A DNA stretch of 64,000 nt from an uncultured Gemmatimonadales bacterium (GTDB lineage: Bacteria; Gemmatimonadota; Gemmatimonadetes; Longimicrobiales; Gaopeijiaceae): the NCBI GenBank assembly GCA_963809895.1, contig CAWELD010000003.1, positions 3,360,001 through 3,424,000 on the forward strand, written 5' to 3'. A model generated the notes under the pieces. That model saw only the letters and a program-made list of their open reading frames with translations. It was not told the origin of the DNA and made no database searches. The translations under genes and the position numbers were made by a program. The number at the start of each line of letters is the position of its first letter. The stretch's first letter is position 1. Positions 52,465 to 64,000 of this stretch are shown here, piece by piece.

Positions 52465-52989
52465 ATGAGACGCTTGTCCCCACTCCGGATCCTGCCCTGT
52501 CTGGTCGCCGTGCTCCCGCTGGCGGCGTGCGGTGGCGGGAATGCGCCTCCGCCTCCGACGCCAGGCCGCCGGGTCGAAGCCGTGCCCGACGCCGATCGCC
52601 TCTACCGCGGTGACCGCACCGCCATGGACTCGGTCATGGTGGTCATCAACGATCCCCAGACGCTACAGCTCTGGTGGCAGCGCGCCACGGCCGAGGCCCC
52701 GGAGCCGCGCCCCGGCGTACCCACCGTGGACTTCGATCAGCACACGGTGCTCATGGTGTCGGCGGGTCGCATGAACAACGGCGACCGCATCCGCGTGGAC
52801 AGCCTGGGCTTCGAGGTGCAGGCGGAACCCGGGGGAGGGCGCAGCGAGGTGTGGTTCGCCATCGTGCGCACCACCCGCGACTGCAATCCCCTGCCCGGCG
52901 TTCGCTACCCCCTGGAGTTCGTACGCATCTCCAAGGTGCAGGAAGTGCGCTTCGATCCGCGGCTCACCGCGTGCCCGGGAGGCGCTTGA
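52465..52989 (+). CDS. Small lipoprotein directly after tssM (PrcB-C-like pattern)
   Basis: GGAG SD, lipobox LAAC, and 'P.VDF….V..V.AG….G..I.V.S'. Confidence 0.65.
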   Translation: MRRLSPLRILPCLVAVLPLAACGGGNAPPPPTPGRRVEAVPDADRLYRGDRTAMDSVMVVINDPQTLQLWWQRATAEAPEPRPGVPTVDFDQHTVLMVSAGRMNNGDRIRVDSLGFEVQAEPGGGRSEVWFAIVRTTRDCNPLPGVRYPLEFVRISKVQEVRFDPRLTACPGGA

Positions 52990-55006
52990 CCCTGGCAGGC
53001 CCCCCGTTCGCCACCTCGCCCCCCGGGGGCATGGCGAGGCCATCGAATTCCAGCGTGTCGAAGGGTCGGGGGATCCGGAGCGCCGGAGCCGAGGTGCCGC
53101 CGCCTCGGATCTCGGGAGCAGGCACCGACATTGCCGGAGCGCCGGGCGCCGACGTCTCCAGGGCCGGATAGCCACAGTTGCCGTCGGTGGTGGTGGCGGC
53201 GAACGTGACGTTGGTGTAGTCGGCGAAGGCGTAGATGCCGATCCACACCACTCCGTCCGCAGGTGCGGTCCACACGATCGATTCGTCGAAGCCGCTCGTC
53301 AGGCTCGACGCGTCGGAGACGGCAATGGTGGGCTTGTCGGTCATGCGGATGTAGAGGTCCGGATCGCCGGTGGCGGTGGAGCCGGCCGTCTGCGCCAGGG
53401 TGAACTGATACTCGCGGCCTGCGAAGACCCTCATCTTCAGGTAGATGAAGTTGCCGGCCGTGCGCCCCAGGCCCGTGAAGCTCCAGCATGGGGCCCACCA
53501 CGAATCCTGGTTGCCGGCGCCGGGGCCGAGCATGCCGATGTCACTCCAGGCGGCGCCGGCCCGCGCGAAGATCCTGTCGACCCCGCTGGCCCCGCCGGTG
53601 AGCGTGTAGAGCCCGTCGGCGTCGATCGATCCCAGGCCGGAGCCGACGTAGCTTCCCCAGTTGATGGGATCCCCGGGCACCTGATCGCCACTCGCATCGT
53701 AGGCCACGGCCTGCACCAGCCCTGCTCCCTGCGCGCTCAGGTCGAGCGTATTCATGGGCTGGAGCACCACGGTGGCGGGGAGCATCAGACGAGACTCGAA
53801 CCACTCGCTCCACGCGCCGGTTCCGTCCTGGATGCGAATCCGGAAATCGATGAAGGTGAGGTCACCGGGATCGCCGTAGCACAGGGTGCTCTGCTCCACC
53901 AGCGTGCCGGAGCCGCCGTCGGATGCCGGCGTGAAGGCCCAGGAACGGCCATCCAGGGCGACCCAGTCCGCCTGATCCTCGAAGCGGAACTCCGACTGGA
54001 CGCCTGTCGGCTCGGTGAGGGGACCGCTCGTGGAGACGTTGCCGTCGGCGTCCGAATAGTCGGCCTCTCCGGCGACCCTGAAGCCCAGCGCACCGGGCCC
54101 ACATCCGGTGATGAACGGCCGGAACTCGGTGTCGAAGCGCGTGATCATGGGGGGATTCACCACGTCCACCGTGGCCATCCCCTGCACGCCCTCGGTCTCG
54201 GCGGTGATGATGGCGCGTCCCTCGGCCTTGGCCTCCACCAGCCCCGTCGCCGACACGGTGGCCACGCTTTCGTCGTCGCTGGACCAGGTGACGGTCTTGC
54301 CGGTGAGCTCGTTGCCGCCGGTGTCACGGACCGTGGCCTGGAGCTGGACGGTCTGGCCCACCAGCAGCTGGTTGCTGGCCGGGGCGACCTCCACGGAGCC
54401 GACCCCGGCGTTCACCTGCACGGTGGCAGGCGCTGACGCCAGCCCCAGCGTGCCGAAGGGACTGCGCGCGCTGGCCCGGACGTAGTGCACGCCGGGCTCG
54501 TTGATGGTGAGCGTGGCGCCGGTCGTGGACACCTCGGCGGACTGCGGGCTCCCGAAGCCCGAATCGTCGTCCCACTCGACGCGGTACCCGTTCGCGTTGG
54601 AGACCGGGTCGATCTGGATGCTGAACGAGGCGCCCTGGGTGACCTGGTTCGGCGCGTTCACGAAGTCGGGCACGAAACTGGCGAGATTGAGGACCGCCGT
54701 AGAGGTCTGGCCCGCCACCACGCCCACCGTCGTGCGTGCGAACTCCACCAGGGCGCCGGATGCCCGGGCCTCCAGCGAAACCGTGTAGCTCCCCGGTTGC
54801 AGGTTCTTGACCTCTACCGTCTCACCGGGTGACAACGAGCGCGTGCTCGGCGTGGGCCCCTCGACGTGGAGTGTACCCCCGTCCACCACCTGAGCGGTGG
54901 TCTGCGTGATCTGGAGCGAGAGGACCGCGGCCACCTTCGGGTCCGTGCTGGACTCACAGGCCGCCAACGCCAGGAGCGCGCACAGCGCCGCCGCGCGCGC
55001 CCTCAC
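52964..55006 (-). CDS. Large lipoprotein with Big_2 Ig-like and C-terminal PPC-like domains
   Basis: Lipobox LAAC, 'VTWSSDDESVATVSATGLV.A…G.A.ITA' (Big_2) and 'GDPDLY' (PPC-like). Confidence 0.8.
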   Translation of the reverse strand: MRARAAALCALLALAACESSTDPKVAAVLSLQITQTTAQVVDGGTLHVEGPTPSTRSLSPGETVEVKNLQPGSYTVSLEARASGALVEFARTTVGVVAGQTSTAVLNLASFVPDFVNAPNQVTQGASFSIQIDPVSNANGYRVEWDDDSGFGSPQSAEVSTTGATLTINEPGVHYVRASARSPFGTLGLASAPATVQVNAGVGSVEVAPASNQLLVGQTVQLQATVRDTGGNELTGKTVTWSSDDESVATVSATGLVEAKAEGRAIITAETEGVQGMATVDVVNPPMITRFDTEFRPFITGCGPGALGFRVAGEADYSDADGNVSTSGPLTEPTGVQSEFRFEDQADWVALDGRSWAFTPASDGGSGTLVEQSTLCYGDPGDLTFIDFRIRIQDGTGAWSEWFESRLMLPATVVLQPMNTLDLSAQGAGLVQAVAYDASGDQVPGDPINWGSYVGSGLGSIDADGLYTLTGGASGVDRIFARAGAAWSDIGMLGPGAGNQDSWWAPCWSFTGLGRTAGNFIYLKMRVFAGREYQFTLAQTAGSTATGDPDLYIRMTDKPTIAVSDASSLTSGFDESIVWTAPADGVVWIGIYAFADYTNVTFAATTTDGNCGYPALETSAPGAPAMSVPAPEIRGGGTSAPALRIPRPFDTLEFDGLAMPPGGEVANGGPARVKRLPGTR

Positions 55007-56360
55007 TGCTGGCCTCCGGGAAACGTCACCCTGATGATGCCGGTGGTGGGCGGTGGTGGCTCCTCACCCCCACCGCCACCACCGCCGCCGAGGACCGCGG
55101 CGGCCACGCCCACCACGGCGGCGCCGGCGCCGATCCACTTCCATGGCGGCCCGCCACCTCCGCTCGGGGCGCCGGCAGCCTCCGGAGTCGTCTGCGCCAC
55201 CTGCTCCGCCAACGCCCGCTCCAGAAGCCGGGCCGCCAGGCTCATGGGGGCGACCTGGTCGGGTCCAACCACCACCCCGAGGAGGGCGCCGCTGCGGTCC
55301 ACGAGCGGCGCGCCCTGAGCGTCCTGGGGCAGCGCCGAGGCCAACGTCACCAGGCCCTGCGGGCTGGACGGCCAGTCACCGAGCCGCGCGCGGCCGCTGG
55401 CCGCCGGCTGGCAGCCCGGATGGAAGACGGACCACACGTACGCGCCGCTCGACGGCCGCGCTCCGCTGGAGAGCGTCGGTTGCCCCGAAGCGCCCAAACG
55501 CAGCACGGCGAGGTCCAGATCCTGATCGCTGGCCGCCACCGAGATGTCGCTGTAGACCCCGCCCGGCGTCGTGACCGTGAGTCCCGAGCTCTGGGGAAGG
55601 CCGCTCCTGGAGGTCAGGACCACGCCGTCCGAGCGTGCCAGGAAGCCGGTGGTGCAGAACTGCTGACCACCCTGGTCGTAGCGGATGCTCACCAGCGTCG
55701 AGGCCACCCGGCTCTCCACGTCGGCGGCGAGCAGGGGCGCCAGGGCGAAGCCCACCTCCGTGGTGACACCAGGCAGGATCTCGCGGGTGATCTGCGCCGG
55801 CTCGTAGCCGTCGGCGGAGGCGGACAGACGGTACGTGCCCGGCGGGAGCGTGAGCTCGCCCCCGGCCGATACCGCGCCCTGGCCCTCGACGTTCACGGTC
55901 ACCGGCACTCCGGCGCCGCTCACGGCCAGCGTGCCCTGGGCGTCGGCGTCGAAGGTGCCGGGCCAGCGCCAGTCGGTGGTGGTCACGTCCTCGTCGCCGG
56001 CCCCCTCACCCTGCACCGCCGCCAGCGCCCGGTCGTATGCGTCCACCACGCGGGGCGGGAGCGTGCGGTCCACGGGCCACTGGCGGCCCTCGCGGGCGGA
56101 CCAGCGGAGCCACACGCCGGCCAGGTCCTGGTCGCCGAGGCCCAGGAGGGTGAGCGCCATCTCGTGCACGCTCACCGCCCACAGACTGTCCCGAGGCGCG
56201 GCGTCGGGGTCGGCGGCGCGCATGAGGAGATCCAGAGCGGCCGAATCACTCAACTGGCTGCGGGCCTGCTCCACGAGCCGGGCCCGATCCTGGGCTACGG
56301 CCGGACGAGCGCCGAAGGCCACGACCGCGAGCGTCACCATCGAGACCGTCGCGAGCTTCT

Positions 56361-56364
<4 letters not shown>
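55003..56364 (-). CDS. Secreted PEGA-like plus degenerate trypsin-fold protein with a C-terminal TM/Gly-rich tail
   Basis: Signal peptide, 'LPPGTY.L…A.GYE', and a trypsin-like segment GF…DG.VLT(SRS)…DLDLAVL…(AQ)GAPLVD.SG..LGV lacking the catalytic His and Ser. Confidence 0.7.
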
Positions 56365-59411
<3,047 letters not shown>

Positions 59412-59465
59412 GCTCGCGGGGAGGGCCAGGAGCCGCGATCACTTGGCTTCTTCACCGGGACGCTG

Positions 59466-59495
59466 AGAATAGGCCGGGGTCATCGGCGAGGTCAA
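59466..59495 (-). promoter_or_regulatory. Candidate sigma70 promoter for the kinase-pseudoprotease-lipoprotein operon
   Basis: The minus strand reads TTGACC-N18-TATTCT in the divergent intergenic region. Confidence 0.4.
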
Positions 59496-59639
59496 GGATT
59501 CGAGCGCGCCGTGGGCCACGGCCGGGAAGCACCGCCAGACTTGCCGATCCGACCCACCGGCGCCACCGTGGACATGACAGGTCGCTGACCTGGCGAGCGC
59601 TGCCCTTCCGAGCTCTCCACCCGCGAGGACCAGGCCTTC

Positions 59640-61430
59640 ATGACGCCCACCGCCGGAGACCCCGACGGCCCCAGGGATCCCCGCGATCGCATCGGTACGA
59701 TCCTCGCCGGGCGCTACGAACTGGTGGAGTATCTAGGGGGAGGGGCGCAGGGCGAGGTGTACGCGGGCATCCACCGCAAGATCGGCCGCCGGGACGCCAT
59801 CAAGATCCTCAAGAACCGGTTCCGGCACGACTCCGACGCCGTGGCGCGCTTCACGCGGGGCGCCGCCAACGCCTCCAGGATCTCGCACCCCAACGTGTGC
59901 ACGGTCTACGACTTCGGCGAGACCGACGAGGGCCTGCCCTTCCTGGCCTCCGAGTTCGTTTCGGGCGAAACCCTGGGCGATATCCTGGAGCGCGACGGGG
60001 TCCTGACGCCGGAGCGGGTCGTGGAGATCGCCCGCCAGGTGGCCTCGGCGCTGGAAGCGGCACACCAGCTTGGCATCGTGCATCGCGACCTGAAGCCGGA
60101 CAACATCATGCTCACCACCGACGCGGCCGGACGCGAGCGCGTGAAGGTGGTGGATTTCGACATCGCCAAGGGATCCAAGGAGGGCCTGGAGGGCGGGATC
60201 ACCCGTGGCGGCTGGGTGGTGGGCACCCCCCAGTACATGAGCCCGGAGCAGCTCAGCGAGGACGCACTCGACGGCCGAAGCGACATCTACTCGCTGGCCG
60301 TGGTCCTCTTCAAAGCGCTCACCGGGCGGCTGCCCACCCGCAGCTCCTCCACGCAGGACCTCATGGTCGAGCGGCTGACCCAGGACGCGTTGCTCCTCTC
60401 GGAGGCGGTGCCCGATGCGGGGTTCCCGCCGGCGCTCGAGCAGGCTCTGGCGGCCGGGCTGGCCCGCAAGCGCGAGGACCGTCCGCCCCGCGCCATGGAC
60501 TTCGCGCACCGGCTCGCGGCGTCGCTCACGGCCGGGGGGGCGTCGGCGGGGCTGCCCGCTACGGAGTTGCAGCCGGTACGGACCGAGGTGCCACCCACCA
60601 CGGCCGGCCCGTCGCCCGGAGCCGGCTCCCGAGACGCGCCGCCCCCTGGGGTCGGCTCCGGGAATACCCGCCGTTGGGTGCAGGTGGCCATCGGCGGCGT
60701 GCTGGTGGTGGTGGTCCTCTTCGGCGGATGGTCCCTGGTGTCCGGCGGGAGAGGCGACGCGCCCCCCGTCGACGACGTCGAAACCCCGCCCCGGGCCGCG
60801 ACTCCCGACCGGCTGCAGACGACCCCCGCCGAACTCCGTTTTTCCGCCACGGTCGGCCAGGCACCGGACCCAGCCAGCGTCGCGGTTCGCGCCGCGTCGG
60901 GCGGCTCCGCTCCGGTGGAGGTCCGTGCCGAGTACGACGGCGATGCAGGCGGCTGGCTCGATGCCGCCCTGGATGGCGCGCAGACGCCCACCACGCTGCG
61001 CGTCACGCCCCGAGGCGACGGACTCGCCGCCGGCACCTACAGCGGCCGGGTCGTGCTCCGCCTCGGAGCGGACGGCCCCGAGCAGGCGATCCCCGTGCGC
61101 ATGGAGCTGGCCGAAGCTCCCGGACCGTCGCCCGGCCCGCAGCCGAGCGCCGCCGACCTCGCCGCCCGAGCCCGCCGCATGCTGGTGTTGGTGAGCAGCG
61201 CCGGGAGCGACCGGGAGCTCCGCGCGGTGCGGGACTCCACGGCCCCGCTCTGGGAGAACCGCTCCCTGCCCGACCGCACCCGGGCCCTGGCCGCCTACGT
61301 ACACGGCCTGGCCCTGTCACGCCTGGGCGAGGGGGGAGCCGAGGCGTGCCGCCTGTGGGCCGGGCGAGCCCTGGACCTGGCGCCCGACGACGAGAGCTAT
61401 CAGCGGCAGCTCGAGGGATGCGGCTCCTGA
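59640..61430 (+). CDS. Atypical Ser/Thr kinase (DFD motif), TM, BACON-like Ig domain, helical/TPR-like tail
   Basis: GGGAQGEVY, AIK, HRDLKPDN, DFDIAK and GTPQYMSPE; TM; 'WL…….TP.TL.V…..L.AGTY.G.V'. Confidence 0.88.
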   Translation: MTPTAGDPDGPRDPRDRIGTILAGRYELVEYLGGGAQGEVYAGIHRKIGRRDAIKILKNRFRHDSDAVARFTRGAANASRISHPNVCTVYDFGETDEGLPFLASEFVSGETLGDILERDGVLTPERVVEIARQVASALEAAHQLGIVHRDLKPDNIMLTTDAAGRERVKVVDFDIAKGSKEGLEGGITRGGWVVGTPQYMSPEQLSEDALDGRSDIYSLAVVLFKALTGRLPTRSSSTQDLMVERLTQDALLLSEAVPDAGFPPALEQALAAGLARKREDRPPRAMDFAHRLAASLTAGGASAGLPATELQPVRTEVPPTTAGPSPGAGSRDAPPPGVGSGNTRRWVQVAIGGVLVVVVLFGGWSLVSGGRGDAPPVDDVETPPRAATPDRLQTTPAELRFSATVGQAPDPASVAVRAASGGSAPVEVRAEYDGDAGGWLDAALDGAQTPTTLRVTPRGDGLAAGTYSGRVVLRLGADGPEQAIPVRMELAEAPGPSPGPQPSAADLAARARRMLVLVSSAGSDRELRAVRDSTAPLWENRSLPDRTRALAAYVHGLALSRLGEGGAEACRLWAGRALDLAPDDESYQRQLEGCGS

Positions 61431-61453
61431 GCTGCGCCGCGGACTGATCCGCC

Positions 61454-62863
61454 GTGTCCCGGATACGCGTGGAGCGTGGAGCCCGGGCCGGGTGGTCCGT
61501 CGAGCTCGCCGACGACGAGGTGCTCGTCGGCCGAGCCCCCGGCGCCGGCGTGCGCATGGACCCCGAAGCCGACCGGGGCGTGTCGGCGCGGCACGCCCTC
61601 CTGGTGCGATCCCCCGAAGGCTGGACCGTCCGGGACCTCGGAAGTCGCAACGGCACGCGCCTCAACGGCGAGCCGCTCACCTCGGTCGCGCTGCTGAGGC
61701 CTGGGGATCGCATCGAGCTGGGAGACGGCGGACCTCGCCTCGTCTACGAAGAAGGGCGGCCGGCACGTTCGGCGCCTTCGCACGCAGACCCGCCGCGCAC
61801 GGTCGCCGCTCCGCGGCCGAAACAGGGCGGGGGCCGGGTGGTGGGACTCACCGTGGCCGTGGCGGCCGTGGGCGCCCTCGCCCTCGCCGCGGTGTTCACC
61901 CGACGCTCCGCTCCCGGCGCCTCGACGAGCGAGGCGGAGCGGGCGAGCCCCGCCCTGCCCGTCCCGGACACGACTGCGGCAGACCCGGACTCCACCGCCC
62001 GCGAGCTCGAGGCTCTGCGTTCACGGGTGGCGGGGCTGGCCGAGGAGCTGCGACGCTCCCGCGACCAGGCCGATTCGCTTCAGGCGGCGCTGGACCAGGC
62101 CGAGGAACGGGGCGCCGACGACGGCGAGGTCCAGGAGCTCCGGCGCAGGCTCCAGTCGGCCAGCGCCGCCCTGCTGCGCCAACAGGCGGCCGCCACCCTC
62201 GACTTCGCCGATCTGGAGGCGAGCACCCGCGCCGCCACCGCCCAGGTCTACGTGGAGTTTCCCGGCGGGCGCGTGATCGCCGCCACCGCCTTCGCCGTGG
62301 ACTCCGCCGGTTGGCTCGTCACCAATCGGCACGTGGTGCGGGACTCCGCGGGCGCCCGTCCCGAGCGCATCGGCGTCCAGCTCGCCGGCCGCTCCGGCGT
62401 GCTTCCGGCCCAGGTGCTGGCGGTGGCCAACCTCGACGACGTGGCGTTGCTGCAGGTGCGGGCGCCCGGTGCGCTGCCGGTGATCCGGGGCTTCAACGAG
62501 CGGCTCGACACGATCCGCTCAGGGGCGGCGGTGGCGTCGTTCGGCTTTCCGCTGGGCGGCGACGCGGCGGCGCTGGAGGGCCGTGGCGGCACCATCGCCG
62601 AGCCGTTGGTGACCGCCGGCATCCTCACCGACCACGGCGGCGAGCTGCTCGAGGTGCAGGGCTACGGCGCCCGGGGCGCCAGCGGCAGCCCTCTGGTGGA
62701 CGGCCGCGGTCACGTGCTGGGGATGATCGTCGGTGGCCGCATCGAAGGCGAGACCCAGACGCTCTTCGCCGTGCGGGCGGACCGCATCCGCGAGTTCCTG
62801 GACCGGCGGCGGGTGGGTCCGGGGGGGCGACCGCGTGAGCCGGGGCGGCGCCCCCGGACCTAG
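61454..62863 (+). CDS. FHA domain, TM, coiled coil, trypsin-like serine protease
   Basis: FHA motifs VGR, VSARHA and DLGSRNGT.LNG; TM; heptad region; protease TNRHVV, DDVALL and GASGSP (intact triad). Confidence 0.88.
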   Translation: MSRIRVERGARAGWSVELADDEVLVGRAPGAGVRMDPEADRGVSARHALLVRSPEGWTVRDLGSRNGTRLNGEPLTSVALLRPGDRIELGDGGPRLVYEEGRPARSAPSHADPPRTVAAPRPKQGGGRVVGLTVAVAAVGALALAAVFTRRSAPGASTSEAERASPALPVPDTTAADPDSTARELEALRSRVAGLAEELRRSRDQADSLQAALDQAEERGADDGEVQELRRRLQSASAALLRQQAAATLDFADLEASTRAATAQVYVEFPGGRVIAATAFAVDSAGWLVTNRHVVRDSAGARPERIGVQLAGRSGVLPAQVLAVANLDDVALLQVRAPGALPVIRGFNERLDTIRSGAAVASFGFPLGGDAAALEGRGGTIAEPLVTAGILTDHGGELLEVQGYGARGASGSPLVDGRGHVLGMIVGGRIEGETQTLFAVRADRIREFLDRRRVGPGGRPREPGRRPRT

Positions 62864-62897
62864 CAGAGGCCGGGCCTCGTCGGCAGCGACGGGTGCG

Positions 62898-63629
62898 TCA
62901 GACGCCGGAGCGCTCCTTCTCCAGCGTCTGCCGGGGCTCCTCCCAGTCGGGGAACTTGTCCACGACCCGGTCGAGCTGCTCCATGCCCTCGTCGCGGAAT
63001 CCCTCGTCCAGGAGCTTGAGCGCCAGCGAGTACTCGGTGAACGCCTCGGGCGGCACCTGCTTCGACTGCTCCTCCCGCTCCTCCTTCACCTGCTGCGGCA
63101 GCGGCGGCAGGTCCACGGAGCGCGTGAGCTGATCGGCCAGGTCGACGATGAGCGTGAGGATCTCGGTCCTCGGTCCCTGCTCCTTGGCGCCGGTCTCCCA
63201 TTCCCCGGTCTCCACGTCGACGATGCGGGCGTCGATGCGCACCTGGCCGAAGATGTCGGCGAAACTGCCGAGCACCACGTAGTGGGCCTGGACCAGGCGA
63301 CCGACCTGCAGCGCGGTGGCGGGATCCACCAACCGGTCGTTCTCCTGCAGATTCAGCTCCTGGATCAGGTCCGCGATGCGTCCACGCTCGACGATGCGGA
63401 GCCCGGAGTTCTGGCCCAGTTCGGTGAGAAGCATCTGCTGGAGGCCGACACCCAGCGCGTCGAAGTTCTCGGCCTCGGCGCCGGGCCCGTGCGAACCGCC
63501 GTTGTCGAAACGCAAGACGGCGACTCCGGGCCGCGTATCGGCGGCGGCCGAATCCTGGGCGGCGAGGCCCGGCGCGGAAACGAAGGCTGCGGTGGCGACA
63601 GCGATGGCGAAACGGACCGGACTTGCCAT
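62898..63629 (-). CDS. Secreted CsgG/HfaB (TolB-N-like) domain protein with a C-terminal TPR-like helix pair
   Basis: Signal peptide and 'VAVL.F.N…GL..ML.TEL…..RIVER..I…..E..L…VDP.TA..VG.L..A.Y.V.GS…RIDARIVDVETGE'. Confidence 0.8.
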   Translation of the reverse strand: MASPVRFAIAVATAAFVSAPGLAAQDSAAADTRPGVAVLRFDNGGSHGPGAEAENFDALGVGLQQMLLTELGQNSGLRIVERGRIADLIQELNLQENDRLVDPATALQVGRLVQAHYVVLGSFADIFGQVRIDARIVDVETGEWETGAKEQGPRTEILTLIVDLADQLTRSVDLPPLPQQVKEEREEQSKQVPPEAFTEYSLALKLLDEGFRDEGMEQLDRVVDKFPDWEEPRQTLEKERSGV

Positions 63630-63660
63630 AAGATTCTCCAGAAGCCGGATACCCAAGCCA

Positions 63661-63680
63661 GGACATGCGCGGCCATGTCC
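63661..63680. promoter_or_regulatory. Inverted repeat GGACATG-N6-CATGTCC between divergent genes
   Basis: Perfect 7-bp arms in a 69-bp divergent spacer. Confidence 0.35.
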
Positions 63681-63698
63681 CTCTCTGGATGGTTAGTC

Positions 63699-64000
63699 AT
63701 GAACGGAACGCCGCGCCAGCCTCTACGACGTGGTCGGAACTGGTGCCTGCCCTGGATCGTGGCCGCGCTCGGCGCGTGCGCCACCGCCCCTCCGCAGGCG
63801 CCCGGACCGTCGGAGCTCCCCGCCCTCGAAGCCCGGTTGCGCGCCGACTCCACCGACGTAGCCACGCTGGTGGCGCTGGGCGCCGGTTATCAGGCGGCGA
63901 ACGATCCGGAGCGGGCTCGACCGCTGCTGGAGAAGGCGGTGGCCCTGGCTCCCGACGATCAGGCGGCTATCCTGTTTCTGGGGGCGACCTACGAGGACCT
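63699..64000 (+). CDS. 3'-truncated TPR lipoprotein
   Basis: Manual translation gives MNGTPRQ…WIVAALGAC-ATAPP (lipobox), then the TPR 'LVALGAGY…A.PLLEKAVALAPDD..A.LFLGATYE'. It runs off the window edge and is absent from the ORF track. Confidence 0.75.
   Translation, partial: MNGTPRQPLRRGRNWCLPWIVAALGACATAPPQAPGPSELPALEARLRADSTDVATLVALGAGYQAANDPERARPLLEKAVALAPDDQAAILFLGATYED

Noticed and set aside
62898..63629. Curli biogenesis operon
   Set aside because: No csgA/B/E/F-like genes are in the window, and the protein lacks a lipobox and obvious pore hairpins.

Overview
This is high-GC DNA, roughly 70% by eye. The gene repertoire (VPS10/BNR protein, ADOP permease with PadR, DUF5916 protein, Big_2 lipoproteins) suggests Gemmatimonadota or a similar lineage, which is inference only. 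Positions 1-21.6 kb hold housekeeping and accessory genes: DDAH, DUF2237, YaiI, S9 peptidase with TetR, a VPS10-like protein, beta-carbonic anhydrase, TMEM175, ADOP permease with PadR, M28 peptidase, DUF5916 and a LytS/LytTR pair. From about 21.7 kb to the right edge lies a type VI secretion (T6SS) locus of more than 42 kb. It contains a PP2C phosphatase, a VgrG-DUF6484-DUF2169-thiolase-like-PAAR-like(DUF4150)/GHH2-type nuclease-immunity-TIGR02270 spike cassette, the core tssH-G-F-E-A-tagJ-hcp-tssC-tssB, an extra TssB/TssC-like single-chain protein, two tssK, tssL and tssM. No recognisable tssJ is present. Attached is an unusual signalling and envelope module: a Pro-rich membrane protein with four PGxYTRIF-like repeats, two Ser/Thr kinases (one with DFD and no alphaC Glu), an FHA-TM-trypsin protease, a catalytically dead trypsin paralog, Ig-like lipoproteins, and CsgG-like and TPR proteins. 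Two parS-like 16-bp palindromes sit inside the spike cassette. Three clear frameshifts and one possible one are most likely long-read assembly errors. I saw no rRNA, tRNA, CRISPR array or transposase. Family assignments come from motif recognition, not database searches.
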